From NCBI GenBank assembly GCA_963810095.1, contig CAWEMM010000009.1, positions 576,001 to 640,000 on the forward strand: a stretch of DNA of 64,000 nucleotides, in the 5' to 3' direction. Positions 63,680-64,000 of the stretch are shown here, piece by piece (positions within the stretch are counted from its first letter, which is position 1; each line of letters opens with the position of its first letter). Both the position numbers and the translations under genes were made by a program. Below the pieces are notes generated by a model. The model ran no database searches, was not told the DNA's origin, and saw only the letters and a list, made by a program, of their open reading frames with translations. The stretch comes from an uncultured Chloroflexia bacterium. GTDB taxonomy: Bacteria; Chloroflexota; Anaerolineae; CG2-30-64-16.

Positions 63680-64000
63680 ATGACCGGCTTCGCACCCTTC
63701 GCGATTCGGCCAGACCTTGCACTGCCCGATGCCTGGGTTACATGGCTGGCAGCGGTGTTGGGGAGCGAAGGAGGTGACTTGCCGCCGGCACCTCCCTTCT
63801 CTGGTGTGGCGCAGCCTCTCGCCAGGCACGGCCTGCTGCCCCTGCTTTACGACCGGTTGCGCGGCGGTGCAGCATGGGCCGGCCTGCCGCTCGATCTTCG
63901 GGACGCCCTTACTTCCGCGTTCCAGACCGGCGCCGCTCGCACCTTCCTGCTTGAAACCGAGCTCGCCGCGCTGCGCAACCGCGGCCGGGGGCCTGACGCT
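63680..64000 (+). CDS. Nucleotidyltransferase family protein (partial)
   Basis: Open frame running off the window with ARHGLLPLLY, typical of the N-terminus of uncharacterised NTP-transferases in EPS loci. Confidence 0.55.
   Translation, partial: MTGFAPFAIRPDLALPDAWVTWLAAVLGSEGGDLPPAPPFSGVAQPLARHGLLPLLYDRLRGGAAWAGLPLDLRDALTSAFQTGAARTFLLETELAALRNRGRGPDA

Noticed and set aside
982-63829. Numerous long antisense/alternate-frame ORFs in the track (e.g. 982-2283, 15805-17178, 45710-47032)
   Set aside because: Shadow ORFs of high-GC genes with no recognisable motifs

Overview
GC-rich bacterial chromosomal window, most consistent with a Chloroflexota (Anaerolineae-like) genome. This is inferred from protein style (PT-linker secreted proteins with a YLPxIxR motif, LysM-YkuD with a TFGC motif) and the REP families. 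It holds mostly housekeeping and metabolic genes: ABC export/import systems, an S9 peptidase, deoC, a stand-alone gltB, a near-complete shikimate/Phe/Tyr super-operon (aroH-pheA, aroF, tyrA, aroA, aroE, aroC, aroK-aroB, aroQ), a DegV/GNAT/GT28 lipid operon, rnc, a Tat sulfatase, ftsY, prfB (programmed +1 frameshift), smc, galK, hisE, a SARP-type regulator and the start of a polysaccharide locus. No rRNA, tRNA, CRISPR, transposase or prophage was seen. About 13 genes carry single-base frameshifts, probably long-read assembly errors. Highlights: (1) an unannotated 33-aa YFFFYY leader peptide plus terminator heading the aro operon (Phe/Tyr attenuator); (2) palindromic REP-like elements inserted in frame within aroA, smc, an RmlD-like gene and probably gltB; (3) a DegV + ceramide-synthase-like GNAT + glycosyltransferase operon, a candidate glycolipid pathway; (4) an orphan LbpA-like lipoyl protein; (5) a terminator-containing gltB leader; (6) several co-existing families of intergenic palindromes.
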